From assembly GCA_029548865.1 (NCBI GenBank), contig JAKPMO010000015.1, positions 10,482-74,481 on the forward strand: DNA of 64,000 nt, written 5' to 3'. Positions 1 to 9,316 of this stretch are shown here, piece after piece. The translations under genes were made by a program, and so were the position numbers. Source of the DNA: Caldisericota bacterium. GTDB taxonomy: Bacteria; Caldisericota; Caldisericia; JAAYUI01. Within the stretch, counting starts at the first letter, position 1; every line of letters begins with the position of its first letter. Below the pieces are notes generated by a model. That model did not search any database. It worked only from the letters and a program-made list of their open reading frames with translations, and was not told where the DNA came from.

Positions 1-21
1 AAACTTGGGAGAGACAAGATA

Positions 22-1359
22 ATGACAGATCCAGCAAAAACACCTAAGGCGAAAGTGTCCTGGAAAGCAAAATGGATATTCTATACCTTGTTGATAGTCA
101 CCACAGTAATAATCGTAAATACCATTTCTTGCAATAAGAACAAAGCCTATAACGATAAAATACCCTATTCTATTGAGGTAAACGAAGCTCTTGGGGAAGT
201 CATACCGATTGACATATCAGCCAACATGTCTAATATGATGGTCCCACCATTCACAATTAACAAAAATGAATTAACCATATATTATGACTGGCGTTTAAAA
301 TCGGTTGCCAAGCATATAAAACTGCCAGGAGAGTATTTTGGATATTATCGACTTTATGTTATAGACGAAGATCAAGTTGATAACCCATTTATGATATACT
401 ATTTCTTTTTAAGCAAAACTCCTGATAATAATTACATATCTGTCTTGAAGCGTCCCGATAGGGAAGATTCTATTGGTGTTTATTTTGAGATGGAGAAGAT
501 TAAGGACATCTCAATAGGGGACCTGAATCTAATAGCTGTTGCAAAAAATGATGGAATAGAAAATTTCACATATGTTTGCCAGAACAAAAGCCAGACCAGC
601 GTGTCATTTTTTGATAAAAGTGGCATATTAAGAGAAAAAATGAACCTTCAGAGACCAACTGCCCTATCAAAATCCTTTGAACACGATAATGCATTAGACA
701 TCTATGGTTTTGACGGCAAAGATGTATTTTTCTATTCAATCGACAAGTACAGCTTGACCTTAAAACATAAAATCACCTTAAGAGACACTTATTCAAAAAT
801 ATTCAAGATATCACCCAGTGACAGACTCGTTGATGTCTGGAATAATTTGCAGTTATCTATATATGATGGGGAATATCTATACCTGCTTGATAATAAATAT
901 CTTAAAAAAACTTATAAATTTACCGATTTTAAAGGTTGTTCAATCGATCGCAGGTTCCTTTATGTCGATAACAAATTATTCTTCTCAGACATAAAAGATA
1001 ATATTTACAGTTTAAAGAGTAATGCTGACCAGTCTTACGTTAAAGACGGGGTTCTGGATACCAATAAAAAATTTGATCAAATATTTTCTTCAGGGTATGA
1101 TCTTATTCATTACTGCACAGGTTACTGGTCCGAGGAAGGCTATATATTCTCAATATATTATTACACAACTGACTCGCCTAAAAATGTTATATACAGGCAT
1201 AATTTTGGACCTTTCTCCAAAAAAATAACTTCTTTTTCTGAAGACAAGAGAACCCTGGTGCTATATAGCGAAACATTAATTTACTTTTATAATAAAGGCC
1301 CTGACTGGGAAGACGATCTTGAAATTATACCTCTAAATGAGAGTGCTTTAGATAAGTAG
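22..1359 (+). CDS. Membrane-anchored (N-terminal TM) Tyr/Asn/Lys-rich envelope protein, low GC. Member of a local paralog family sharing an 'LPGE(Y/V)' motif about 100 aa from the N-terminus.
   Basis: Complete ORF with GGGAGAG Shine-Dalgarno at 10-16 before the ATG at 22. Hydrophobic segment WIFYTLLIVTTVIIV. Motif KLPGEYFGYY at nt ~319-345. AT-rich codon usage unlike the neighbouring kinase gene. Confidence 0.5.
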   Translation: MTDPAKTPKAKVSWKAKWIFYTLLIVTTVIIVNTISCNKNKAYNDKIPYSIEVNEALGEVIPIDISANMSNMMVPPFTINKNELTIYYDWRLKSVAKHIKLPGEYFGYYRLYVIDEDQVDNPFMIYYFFLSKTPDNNYISVLKRPDREDSIGVYFEMEKIKDISIGDLNLIAVAKNDGIENFTYVCQNKSQTSVSFFDKSGILREKMNLQRPTALSKSFEHDNALDIYGFDGKDVFFYSIDKYSLTLKHKITLRDTYSKIFKISPSDRLVDVWNNLQLSIYDGEYLYLLDNKYLKKTYKFTDFKGCSIDRRFLYVDNKLFFSDIKDNIYSLKSNADQSYVKDGVLDTNKKFDQIFSSGYDLIHYCTGYWSEEGYIFSIYYYTTDSPKNVIYRHNFGPFSKKITSFSEDKRTLVLYSETLIYFYNKGPDWEDDLEIIPLNESALDK

Positions 1360-1600
1360 CCATTCCCAAGCAAAATTGCATTTTCTGATATACAAACAAG
1401 TGCAAGTGTGCTTACAAGCAGGAGTCAATACCCGCAAAAAACCAGCCCTTCGCTATCAACTATAACGATGCGGGAGTAAGCTGAGAGAATCACTTTTGGA
1501 TTTTTGGCCAGAAGGTCTTTTTTTATCCGCCATTTTTTCTTGCCGTTGTCACACTTAAAAAGTAATCTTCATTGGTTACTTTGTGATTAAACTCGCGGTC

Positions 1601-1626
1601 TTGCCAAGGCCGTTTGCCTTGGCAGG
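1601..1626 (+). promoter_or_regulatory. 8-bp perfect stem-loop (GCCAAGGC / GCCTTGGC) 20 nt upstream of the kinase start. Could be a terminator remnant of the upstream gene or a leader structure.
   Basis: The inverted repeat is seen directly in the sequence. No T-run follows it. Confidence 0.25.
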
Positions 1627-1648
1627 TTAAATGGTCTAAAATCTGGGC

Positions 1649-3304
1649 ATGGGTAGAATTCTTCTAGGAGCTGACTTCGGAACTTCCCAGGTAAATGTCG
1701 TGGCGCTTGATGTCAAAACTGGCCAGACAATAGGCTTTTCCTCATCACCATACAAATCCGGCGTGATCGAAAAAACACTTCCCGATGGCACAAAACTGCC
1801 CAGGGGTTTTGCCCTCCAGGACCCCTCCGACTGGCTGGAAGGGCTCTTTGAGGCCACAAAAAAACTGATCGAGGAAACCAGGATACCCGAGAAAGAGATA
1901 ATTTCCATCGGTGTCTCCTTCACAAGCTGCACTGTCCTTCCCGTTGATGTCTTTGGGACACCGCTTTGCATGATAGGCGACCTCTCAAAAAATCCCCATG
2001 CCTGGCCAAAGCTCTGGAGGCACACGACAGCACAGCCACAGGCCAATCTTTTGACCACAATCGCACAGGAGAGGGGCGAACCCTTCCTGGATTTTTATGG
2101 CGGAAAGATGGGCGCAGAGTGGCTCTGGCCAAAATTGCTGGAGCTTGTCCAGGAGGCACCGGAGCTTGTTCCGTCAATTGAATATTTCATCGAGGCAGGG
2201 GACTGGATTGTCTGGCAACTGACAGGCCATCAGGTCAGAAACCAGTGCGCGGCCGGATACAAGGCCTGCTGGGTCGAAGGTGTCGGTTATCCGGGTCACG
2301 ACTATTTTGCCTCGATTTCGCAGGAGCTGGCCGACCTCTCCGACAAGTCGAGGGGCATAGAGGTGCTGCCACCAGGAAGACCGGCCGGGAAGCTGATCAA
2401 GGACATGGCCGGGAAGATGGGCCTGAGGACTGGAATACCTGTCGCATCCGCAGTCATAGACGCCCAGTCTGCCGTCGCCGGCGCCGGTGTTTTCGAACCC
2501 AACATAATGACAATCGTGATGGGCAGTTCGAACTGCCACCTTGTCATGTCAAAACAGGAGAGGCTTTTTGTTGGATATGCAGGCGTCGTAAAAGACGGCA
2601 TCCTCGACGGATACTGGGGCTACGAGGCAGGCCAGCCGGCCATGAGCGACATGCTCGAATGGTTTGTGAACACCATTGCCCCAATATCGTTCTACGAGAG
2701 GGCAAACGAGGACGAAACCGAGTTTGCAACCATCCTGGACAGATACCTTTCCGAGGTGCCGGCAGGCTCAAACGGTGTCCTGGCGCTCGACTGGATGGGC
2801 GGCAACAGGAGTGTTCTTCTCGACTCGTCACTGAGCGGTGTTTTCGCTGGCCTGACGTTGCAGACAAGGGCCGAAGACATGTACAAGGCGCTGGCAGAAG
2901 CATCTGCATTCGGGACAAGAAAGATAATTGAAACATTCAGGGCTGGTGGCGTGGAAATCAAGCAGGTTGTCGCAACAGGCGCACTGCCAATCACCTCGCC
3001 CAGCCTCATCCAGATATATGCTGATGTATTGGGAATGCCAATCTCCGTTCCAGACACAAACAACGCAACCGGAAGGGGTGCCGCAATCATTGGCGGCCTG
3101 TCGGTCGGAATGGAAAAACTTGGCCATAAATCGCGGGAAAGCTATTTCAAGGCCCTGCTTCCACAAACCCTCGACTGGTGTAAACCACACGAGGCAAACA
3201 AGAAGCTTTACAACGAAATCTACAACGATTACCTGACGCTCCATGACATGTTTGGCGGGACCCAGAGGGTACTTGCAAGACTCAAGGAGAGGGGCAAGGT
3301 CTAG
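1649..3304 (+). CDS. FGGY-family carbohydrate kinase (ribulokinase-like pentulose kinase)
   Basis: 551 aa. The N-terminus LLGADFGTSQVNVVALD matches the FGGY N-terminal ATPase fold. Length and C-terminal glycine-rich region fit ribulokinase-type FGGY kinases. No araA/araD partner in the window. Confidence 0.8.
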   Translation: MGRILLGADFGTSQVNVVALDVKTGQTIGFSSSPYKSGVIEKTLPDGTKLPRGFALQDPSDWLEGLFEATKKLIEETRIPEKEIISIGVSFTSCTVLPVDVFGTPLCMIGDLSKNPHAWPKLWRHTTAQPQANLLTTIAQERGEPFLDFYGGKMGAEWLWPKLLELVQEAPELVPSIEYFIEAGDWIVWQLTGHQVRNQCAAGYKACWVEGVGYPGHDYFASISQELADLSDKSRGIEVLPPGRPAGKLIKDMAGKMGLRTGIPVASAVIDAQSAVAGAGVFEPNIMTIVMGSSNCHLVMSKQERLFVGYAGVVKDGILDGYWGYEAGQPAMSDMLEWFVNTIAPISFYERANEDETEFATILDRYLSEVPAGSNGVLALDWMGGNRSVLLDSSLSGVFAGLTLQTRAEDMYKALAEASAFGTRKIIETFRAGGVEIKQVVATGALPITSPSLIQIYADVLGMPISVPDTNNATGRGAAIIGGLSVGMEKLGHKSRESYFKALLPQTLDWCKPHEANKKLYNEIYNDYLTLHDMFGGTQRVLARLKERGKV

Positions 3305-3353
3305 CCCAATTTTCTGGTTTGTTTCCCTGCGTGGGTGTAAAAACAGGTCTATA

Positions 3354-3857
3354 ATGCGAAGCAACAAATCGGCCATTCATAAAGCAATCACTGCACTTTT
3401 GCTGGCACTTATTTTCCTCTCTTCATGCTCAAAAACCGCCACACCAGAAACTCCCCGGGTAGAAGAGCGAAAAGAACAGATTGGTCCTGTTTCAATTGTC
3501 GTCCCAAAAGGGTTTATCTGGCAAACTGTTGGCAACAGCAGCGCCACAATAAAGGGCGACTTTGAAATCAAGATTGAACTCTTTGACTGCCAGGGGCTGA
3601 AGGAAGGCGACCTTGACTCGCTCTCCCCAATAATACAAGAAATCACACAGGGACTCAAACAGGAAAAAGAAGTCCAGGTGGAAAACATCGGCGGCAAGGA
3701 GTGCATCACGGTCAATTCAAGCGGGGCAAAAAATGTCTTCTATGCGGCAATTTTCCCTCTCGAATCGCAAGTGGCAGCAATCTACACAAGCAAAATGCCG
3801 CTGAAGAAAACGGCAGACATGGCCATCCAGGTCGTAAGATCAACAACAACTTTTTGA
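3354..3857 (+). CDS. Lipoprotein (single-domain member of the tandem paralog array)
   Basis: Internal ATG start at 3354 gives MRSNKSAIHKAITALLLALIFLSSC, a signal peptide with lipobox LSSC. The upstream part of the tool ORF overlaps the kinase gene. Motif PKGFIWQTVG. Confidence 0.6.
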   Translation: MRSNKSAIHKAITALLLALIFLSSCSKTATPETPRVEERKEQIGPVSIVVPKGFIWQTVGNSSATIKGDFEIKIELFDCQGLKEGDLDSLSPIIQEITQGLKQEKEVQVENIGGKECITVNSSGAKNVFYAAIFPLESQVAAIYTSKMPLKKTADMAIQVVRSTTTF

Positions 3858-3892
3858 AACAAACGGCACCATTTTTGTGTATAATGCATGAC

Positions 3893-4396
3893 ATGAAAAA
3901 AATGTTTTTGGCCTGCCTGTGCCTCTTTGTTTTGGCCTCCTGCGGCGCCCCAAAAGTAGACAACCAGATACCTGAGGAGCTAAAATTCAAGTTTGATGGC
4001 GATCTTTTCGAGGTCTACTACCCGGATGGGTGGGAAACACTCTCCTCGGTTGGCGGCGGGGTCAACATCTTCAAAAAAGACAAATCCATTACAATTCCAT
4101 TCTCTATCTTCCCCTATGAAGGTTCCAGAGAAAACGACATATCAAGCATAGGCGAGCTGTCGCAGGCCTTTGAAAAAACGATAGGAAAAACAGGGCAGGG
4201 AACAATAGAAACCCGCGAAATATCCGGGAAAAAGGCACTCTGGATGGAGGGTGAAGTTGGCATGGGCAAAATGCAGGCCTTTATGGTTCCACTCGACAAT
4301 GCCGTGGTAAGTTGCATGATGTTCCCAGGAAAAGGGGCCAGTGCCGAGGACGCCAGACTTGCAGGGCTCATAGTAAAGAGCTTCCGTTTCAAGTGA
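3893..4396 (+). CDS. Lipoprotein (single-domain array member), ends ...KSFRFK
   Basis: MKKMFLACLCLFVLASCG lipobox. YYPDGWETL motif. C-terminal amphipathic motif shared with the other array members. Confidence 0.6.
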   Translation: MKKMFLACLCLFVLASCGAPKVDNQIPEELKFKFDGDLFEVYYPDGWETLSSVGGGVNIFKKDKSITIPFSIFPYEGSRENDISSIGELSQAFEKTIGKTGQGTIETREISGKKALWMEGEVGMGKMQAFMVPLDNAVVSCMMFPGKGASAEDARLAGLIVKSFRFK

Positions 4397-4403
4397 GGCG
4401 GAG

Positions 4404-5351
4404 ATGAAAACAACCAGAATTTTTGTGGCACTTTGTGCAATACTTACTCTTCTTTCCTGTGGAACTGAAGAAAAACCATTGCCTCTCACTGAAACATATT
4501 TTGGTCCCTTCTACAGGATCGACTTCCCAAAAAACGCAAAAATTGAGCCTGTCGGAAACCTCACAAGCATAGTCACCGACAAATTTGTTGTTGAGGTAAA
4601 ATTAGAGCCTTCAGAAGGCCTCAAGCCGGGGGATTTTGGGGGAGTGGCCTTTTTGAAAGAACAGTCCCAAAAAATGGCAGACGAGCTTGGGGCAAAAGCC
4701 AGCTTTAGAGAGGCAAAACTTGGTGACGCACCCTGCCTCGTAATCGATATGACAGGCGAGAATATCGCATGGAAAAGGATTTGCGTTCCACTAAAAAACA
4801 ACATAGCCATGGTATCACTCAAAGAGCCTTTCGAGGGTGAAAAAGCTGCCGAATCGCCATTTTTCAAATCGGCCTCGGACATGATCATTTCTTTCAGAAT
4901 AACAGACAGCTCCTATCTTGGCTCTGAAACACCATCTCAAAATGGCAATGGGGGAGAAATAAAACTTGAAACGCGCTTTGAAAATGAAAACCTCTCCATG
5001 ATGCTCCCGTCAGGCTGGGAGGCCGGTGGAGACGGCGTTGTGCTTGTTTGTCCAAAAGACATTGCAAAATTCGACCAGGGTTTTACGGTAACGGTCTTTG
5101 GAGAAAACAGGGACCCTAAAAGTGCCTGCCAGTCAATGTCATCATCACTTTCAGGCGGTACAATCCAGAAAACAAGGATCGGAGGGAACGACTACTGGAT
5201 GTTCGAGTACTCAGTCGGGCAGACCAAAATGGTTTCGATGTTCTCGGGGCAAAAAGGAAAGGTTTTTCTTCTGTCTTCAACATCTTTTAATGGAAAACCC
5301 TCCAGGATCGCCGAAAAAATAATTGGAAGCATGTCTTTCAAGCATCCATGA
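4404..5351 (+). CDS. Lipoprotein, two tandem copies of the array domain
   Basis: MKTTRIFVALCAILTLLSCG lipobox, 7-nt gap to the previous gene. Internal ISFRITD and terminal SMSFKHP motifs. MMLPSGWEAGG motif. Confidence 0.65.
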   Translation: MKTTRIFVALCAILTLLSCGTEEKPLPLTETYFGPFYRIDFPKNAKIEPVGNLTSIVTDKFVVEVKLEPSEGLKPGDFGGVAFLKEQSQKMADELGAKASFREAKLGDAPCLVIDMTGENIAWKRICVPLKNNIAMVSLKEPFEGEKAAESPFFKSASDMIISFRITDSSYLGSETPSQNGNGGEIKLETRFENENLSMMLPSGWEAGGDGVVLVCPKDIAKFDQGFTVTVFGENRDPKSACQSMSSSLSGGTIQKTRIGGNDYWMFEYSVGQTKMVSMFSGQKGKVFLLSSTSFNGKPSRIAEKIIGSMSFKHP

Positions 5352-5466
5352 CTCATTACTATTTTGTTGAGATTTTATTAAGCTTTTAACGTCTTGAAAG
5401 AACAAATTCGCTTCATATGATGTATGTGCTTTTGAAAATCCCAAAAGGACAGAGAGGAGTCTCAAC

Positions 5467-6060
5467 TTGAAGAAATTTTTCGCAACTTTTATCATACTGG
5501 TGCTTGGCGTTGCCGTTTTCGCATCCTGCGGTGGCGGATCAAATGACGAGGGCACAAAGCCAGCCGACGAAGGCCAGAACATAGAACAGACAGAGAACCA
5601 GACCGGAAGCCAGAACAACGAACAGACCCCGGCCGCAACATTTGCCAACTATGCCGAGACCAAGCTACTCAAAATTGGCATTGCCGAGGGTTGGAAAAAC
5701 AATACTCCCGAAGCACCAAAGGATCAGCAGAATGGTGATATAGACATAATATCGCTTATGAGTGATGATGGGAAGGCAATTACCGTAACAAGTGTTAAAA
5801 CCGGAGAAATCCCTGTCAAGATAGAAGATTTTGTTGAACAAATGAAAAAAAATCTGGTCGAAAGCAAGGCAACTTCAATTGAAGAAGGTAAAGCTTCCTA
5901 CGCAGGCATTGACTACACTACACTTACTTTCAGCGTAGAAAACAACAAAGCAATAAGTCTTTTCGGAATTAAGGGTAACCAGGTTATCAATATTAGCCTT
6001 AATGGCACCGATATTGATGCCGAAATCGAAGGAATGCTCAATTCAGTCGAAACAAAGTAA
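5467..6060 (+). CDS. Lipoprotein, one array domain preceded by a Q/N/E-rich low-complexity linker
   Basis: MKKFFATFIILVLGVAVFASCGGGS lipobox, followed by a rho-independent terminator. Confidence 0.65.
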   Translation: MKKFFATFIILVLGVAVFASCGGGSNDEGTKPADEGQNIEQTENQTGSQNNEQTPAATFANYAETKLLKIGIAEGWKNNTPEAPKDQQNGDIDIISLMSDDGKAITVTSVKTGEIPVKIEDFVEQMKKNLVESKATSIEEGKASYAGIDYTTLTFSVENNKAISLFGIKGNQVINISLNGTDIDAEIEGMLNSVETK

Positions 6061-6080
6061 GAACCATTTTAAAGAACCAA

Positions 6081-6118
6081 CAAAAAAACCGGCTCAAAAC
6101 AGCCGGTTTTTTTGTTTT
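6081..6118 (+). terminator. Rho-independent terminator (CCGGCT...AGCCGG followed by a T-run)
   Basis: Hairpin ~6089-6106 followed by TTTTTTTGTTTT. Confidence 0.6.
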
Positions 6119-6172
6119 AATGACCTTTGACAAGCCAATTTTTGGGACTACTTTTTATGCGGAGGAATTTGA

Positions 6173-7126
6173 ATGAAGAAACTTGTTGCTTTTTTGCTGT
6201 TGGCCCTCTTTGCCATTTCCTGTGGCGGACAACCACCCACAAAACATGATGGCGGATGGTTCGAGATAGAATATGACCAGGGCATGAAAACTCTTGCCGA
6301 GGGTGATACATTCATGGTTTTTGATGATGAAATATTTATGAAAGTCCAGCCAAACATGGACTATTCAAACACCGAGAAGATTGAGGTCGCAAGACAATCT
6401 GCAAAACAACTCGTGGAGAGCATGAGCAAAGATACATCAAACACCGTGACCGAAAGGGAAAGCAAATGCGGCTCGATTCCATGTATCTGGGTTGAAGTTG
6501 AAAACAAAAACCAGGGCACAGGCGGCTTGATAATGTATGTACCAATACAAAATGTCGTTGTGTGGGTGGGCCTGGCACAACCAGTTAATCTTAAAACCGG
6601 CATGGACAAAGCCAGAAGAATTGCCGAAAGCTTCAGGATCAAGGACGAGGGTTATTTCAAAAACAGGGTGGAAGATTTCGCCAAGAATTACAATGTCAAT
6701 GGATCATCAAAGACAATCGAAACTGAGACATTCTCTATAACACCAGCAAAAGAGTGGGCAGGGGAAAAAGACCTGAAAAACAGCAATGTCAGGTTGCGCC
6801 TGCTTCCTGACAGCACAAAAGCAAAACAGACACCCTACGCACCAAACATAGAGGTTGGGATCATGGACAAAGGGCAAATGGCACTGGAGGAGTTCCTGGA
6901 ATCATTCAAAAATGCAATGGTAAACAAAGACAAGGTCGCTGGCCCAAAACCGTTCAAGTTTGCCGAAATGATGTATTACAGGTATGATTTGCCAGCAAAA
7001 AAAGACGGTGCCCCACTTATGTATATTGTTGGCGAAAAAGATGGCAAGATAATAAAAGCCCTGATTGCAGGGGAATTAAGCGGAGACATCGAAACGATGC
7101 TTGAAAGCATCAAGATAAAAAAATAA
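6173..7126 (+). CDS. Lipoprotein, two array domains (internal ...ESFRIKDEGYF, terminal ...ESIKIKK)
   Basis: MKKLVAFLLLALFAISCGG lipobox. GGAATTTGA-ATG context. Confidence 0.65.
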   Translation: MKKLVAFLLLALFAISCGGQPPTKHDGGWFEIEYDQGMKTLAEGDTFMVFDDEIFMKVQPNMDYSNTEKIEVARQSAKQLVESMSKDTSNTVTERESKCGSIPCIWVEVENKNQGTGGLIMYVPIQNVVVWVGLAQPVNLKTGMDKARRIAESFRIKDEGYFKNRVEDFAKNYNVNGSSKTIETETFSITPAKEWAGEKDLKNSNVRLRLLPDSTKAKQTPYAPNIEVGIMDKGQMALEEFLESFKNAMVNKDKVAGPKPFKFAEMMYYRYDLPAKKDGAPLMYIVGEKDGKIIKALIAGELSGDIETMLESIKIKK

Positions 7127-7138
7127 GGAGAGAAAAAA

Positions 7139-8092
7139 ATGAAAAAACTCCAAAACATTCTGCTGACAGTCATCATAGGGTTGACCCTTATTTCATGCGG
7201 AAAAACCACACTGGACGAAACTTATGAAGGGCCCTATTTCAGCATAAGCCACCCGGGTTCCTGGAAGGTCGAGGAAAATCCGTCTCTGACAACAATCAGT
7301 GGGGACGGCGTTGGAATAATGATCGAGTCCGTTCCAAACGAGCAAATAAAAGCAAATGATGTTGCCGAGATCAAGACATATTCAGACCAGCTCCTCAAAG
7401 AGCTTGGTGGAAACGAGGACTTCGACCTCTCAACCGAGGAGAAGGAAATAAATGGCCAGAAGGGTGTCTGGCTCTTGGCAAAGAGCAAGAAGGAAGAAAA
7501 GGGCGGGTTTATGTTCATTACGGCCGTCGACAAGGCCGTCCTCATGGTTGGTGTTGGCGCGGAGGTCGAAGGGCAGGAGAAGCTCGATCTTGTAAAAATG
7601 GCCATTGAGTCCTTCAAGATAACAAAACCTGACTACTTCACAAAAAAAGAGCCTGAAAAAAAGGACACCGAAACCACTCCAAAAACCGAAGAGACAAAAT
7701 TTGGCCAGCCGCTTGTGGCAGAAAAAATTACAATCACACCGCTTGAGGGTTGGACTTCCAAATATGAAAAACTCACCAGTACAATAACATTAACAAATGC
7801 GGCCAACAGAACGTTCTCGATGGTGATACTTGATCGCCAAGGAATGAAAAAGGACGACTATACAAAAAGCTTAAGAGAAGGCCTTAAGCAAAGTGCTGAT
7901 TTGAAGGTAAAAGAATCAACCGAAAAAATTGGTGAAATCGAATATGACAGGATTGATTTTTTGACAATGGATGGCAGAACCGCTATGACCGACCTTGTTG
8001 GAGAAAAAAACAACATCATGATAGTGATAATGATCCAGGATGGTCTCTCAAGCGACATACAAAAGATGCTTGAAACTATAAAAACAAACTAG
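7139..8092 (+). CDS. Lipoprotein, two array domains (internal ...ESFKITKPDYF, terminal ...ETIKTN) with a K/E/T-rich linker
   Basis: MKKLQNILLTVIIGLTLISCG lipobox. AGGAGAGAAAAAA-ATG ribosome-binding site, 12-nt gap to the previous gene. Confidence 0.65.
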   Translation: MKKLQNILLTVIIGLTLISCGKTTLDETYEGPYFSISHPGSWKVEENPSLTTISGDGVGIMIESVPNEQIKANDVAEIKTYSDQLLKELGGNEDFDLSTEEKEINGQKGVWLLAKSKKEEKGGFMFITAVDKAVLMVGVGAEVEGQEKLDLVKMAIESFKITKPDYFTKKEPEKKDTETTPKTEETKFGQPLVAEKITITPLEGWTSKYEKLTSTITLTNAANRTFSMVILDRQGMKKDDYTKSLREGLKQSADLKVKESTEKIGEIEYDRIDFLTMDGRTAMTDLVGEKNNIMIVIMIQDGLSSDIQKMLETIKTN

Positions 8093-8113
8093 GCCACAAT
8101 TTCCCTGCTGCAA

Positions 8114-8147
8114 CAAAATGCCCTCTCTTTTGAGGGGGCATTTTTTA
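8114..8147 (+). terminator. Probable rho-independent terminator after the lipoprotein at 7139-8092
   Basis: ATGCCCTC...GAGGGGGCAT imperfect hairpin followed by TTTTTT. Confidence 0.5.
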
Positions 8148-8272
8148 TGGATAAAAATCACGATATGGGATGTATGATGTATTGATGCGACTAAACCATC
8201 ACTTAATTGTTTGGATAAAATACGATGTTGACATATATAGCTATGATTGCAAAATAGGTCTCTTGGAGAACA

Positions 8273-9316
8273 ATGATGAACATATCAAGAAGATTACATA
8301 ACACACCCGCTTTGGTCTTTATATCAGTCTGCGTCATGCTTTCTTCGTGCGGCAAATCTGCGCCTGCGCTGGACAAAACCTTTGAAAACAGCCATCTTTC
8401 AATCGCCTACCCGTCTTTATACCAGGTGGCAGAGAAAGACAACGTGGTGTTTATAAAATCAGAGAATGTCGAATTTTCTATAACTTACGCCCCCGATGCC
8501 TCATCAAAAACTGGCGACACAAGCTCGATAAATCAGCTCGTTTCCTCGCTTACCCAGACACTGACAGGCAAAATAATCAAAAATGAACCAGTAGAGCTTG
8601 AAAAAAATAAAATATGGTGGATTGAAACACAAAATCCGGAATCAGTAATAGCCCTGTTCCCGTTTGATGGCATTGTCTATAACATCCAGCTCACCCAGGG
8701 CGATTACGAAAATCAGGTCATCGAAACCGCCAGCAACATGGCAGCAAGCTTTGTTGCAAAAATAACAAAAATAGAAAAGCAAGCACCATCAGGAAACGGT
8801 GGCAAAACAACAGACCCGCAAAACCCATCTGGCCAGCAAACCTCTACCGATCCGGAAAAAAAGCCGACAGGCGGCAATGAGCCAGTAGGCAAACCAGATG
8901 TTGAAGTTCCGAACAAGCTCCCAACTGGCGAGTCTTTCGAAAATGATTATTTCAAGATAATCCTCCCAAAAAACTGGACAGTAGAAAAAACAACGGACAT
9001 GCTCATCACCCTTTTCCCGCCAGACAAGACACAGGGGAGCATCATGATTGCCACTCAGACTGGCAACACAGAAAAGGCAGAGAACATCGCCAAAATAATG
9101 ACCTCCTCAATTGAAGGAAGCACAACTCCCGTTTCCGTACAGCTTGGCTCAGGCATCGGTTACCAGTTTGTCTACTCCGATGGCGGAATAAAACAGGTCC
9201 AGACGGTTTACACAAAAGACGACAAATACTATGCTATAACCTATGTCCAGAACAAACAGGGTGTTGATCTTAAGCAGGATTATGACAGCCTTCTCCTATC
9301 GCTCTTTGCTAAATAA
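8273..9316 (+). CDS. Lipoprotein, two array domains separated by a Gly/Pro/Thr/Gln-rich linker
   Basis: ALVFISVCVMLSSCGKS lipobox. GGAG 4 nt before ATGATG. Motifs LSIAYPSLYQV and FKIILPKNWTVEKT. Confidence 0.6.
   Translation: MMNISRRLHNTPALVFISVCVMLSSCGKSAPALDKTFENSHLSIAYPSLYQVAEKDNVVFIKSENVEFSITYAPDASSKTGDTSSINQLVSSLTQTLTGKIIKNEPVELEKNKIWWIETQNPESVIALFPFDGIVYNIQLTQGDYENQVIETASNMAASFVAKITKIEKQAPSGNGGKTTDPQNPSGQQTSTDPEKKPTGGNEPVGKPDVEVPNKLPTGESFENDYFKIILPKNWTVEKTTDMLITLFPPDKTQGSIMIATQTGNTEKAENIAKIMTSSIEGSTTPVSVQLGSGIGYQFVYSDGGIKQVQTVYTKDDKYYAITYVQNKQGVDLKQDYDSLLLSLFAK

Noticed and set aside
1636-3376. Minus-strand and Arg-rich alternate-frame ORFs overlapping the FGGY kinase gene (1636-2058, 2174-2539, 2245-2931, 2828-3376 and others)
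   Set aside because: They are typical GC-rich-gene frame shadows. The kinase frame has clear family motifs, and the others have none.
8273-9316. Tool ORF 9243-10562 as a 74-nt overlapping gene start
   Set aside because: The N-terminal 13 codons lack signal-peptide character. The internal ATG at 9282 gives a canonical lipoprotein signal, so the shorter model is preferred, though it still overlaps by 35 nt.
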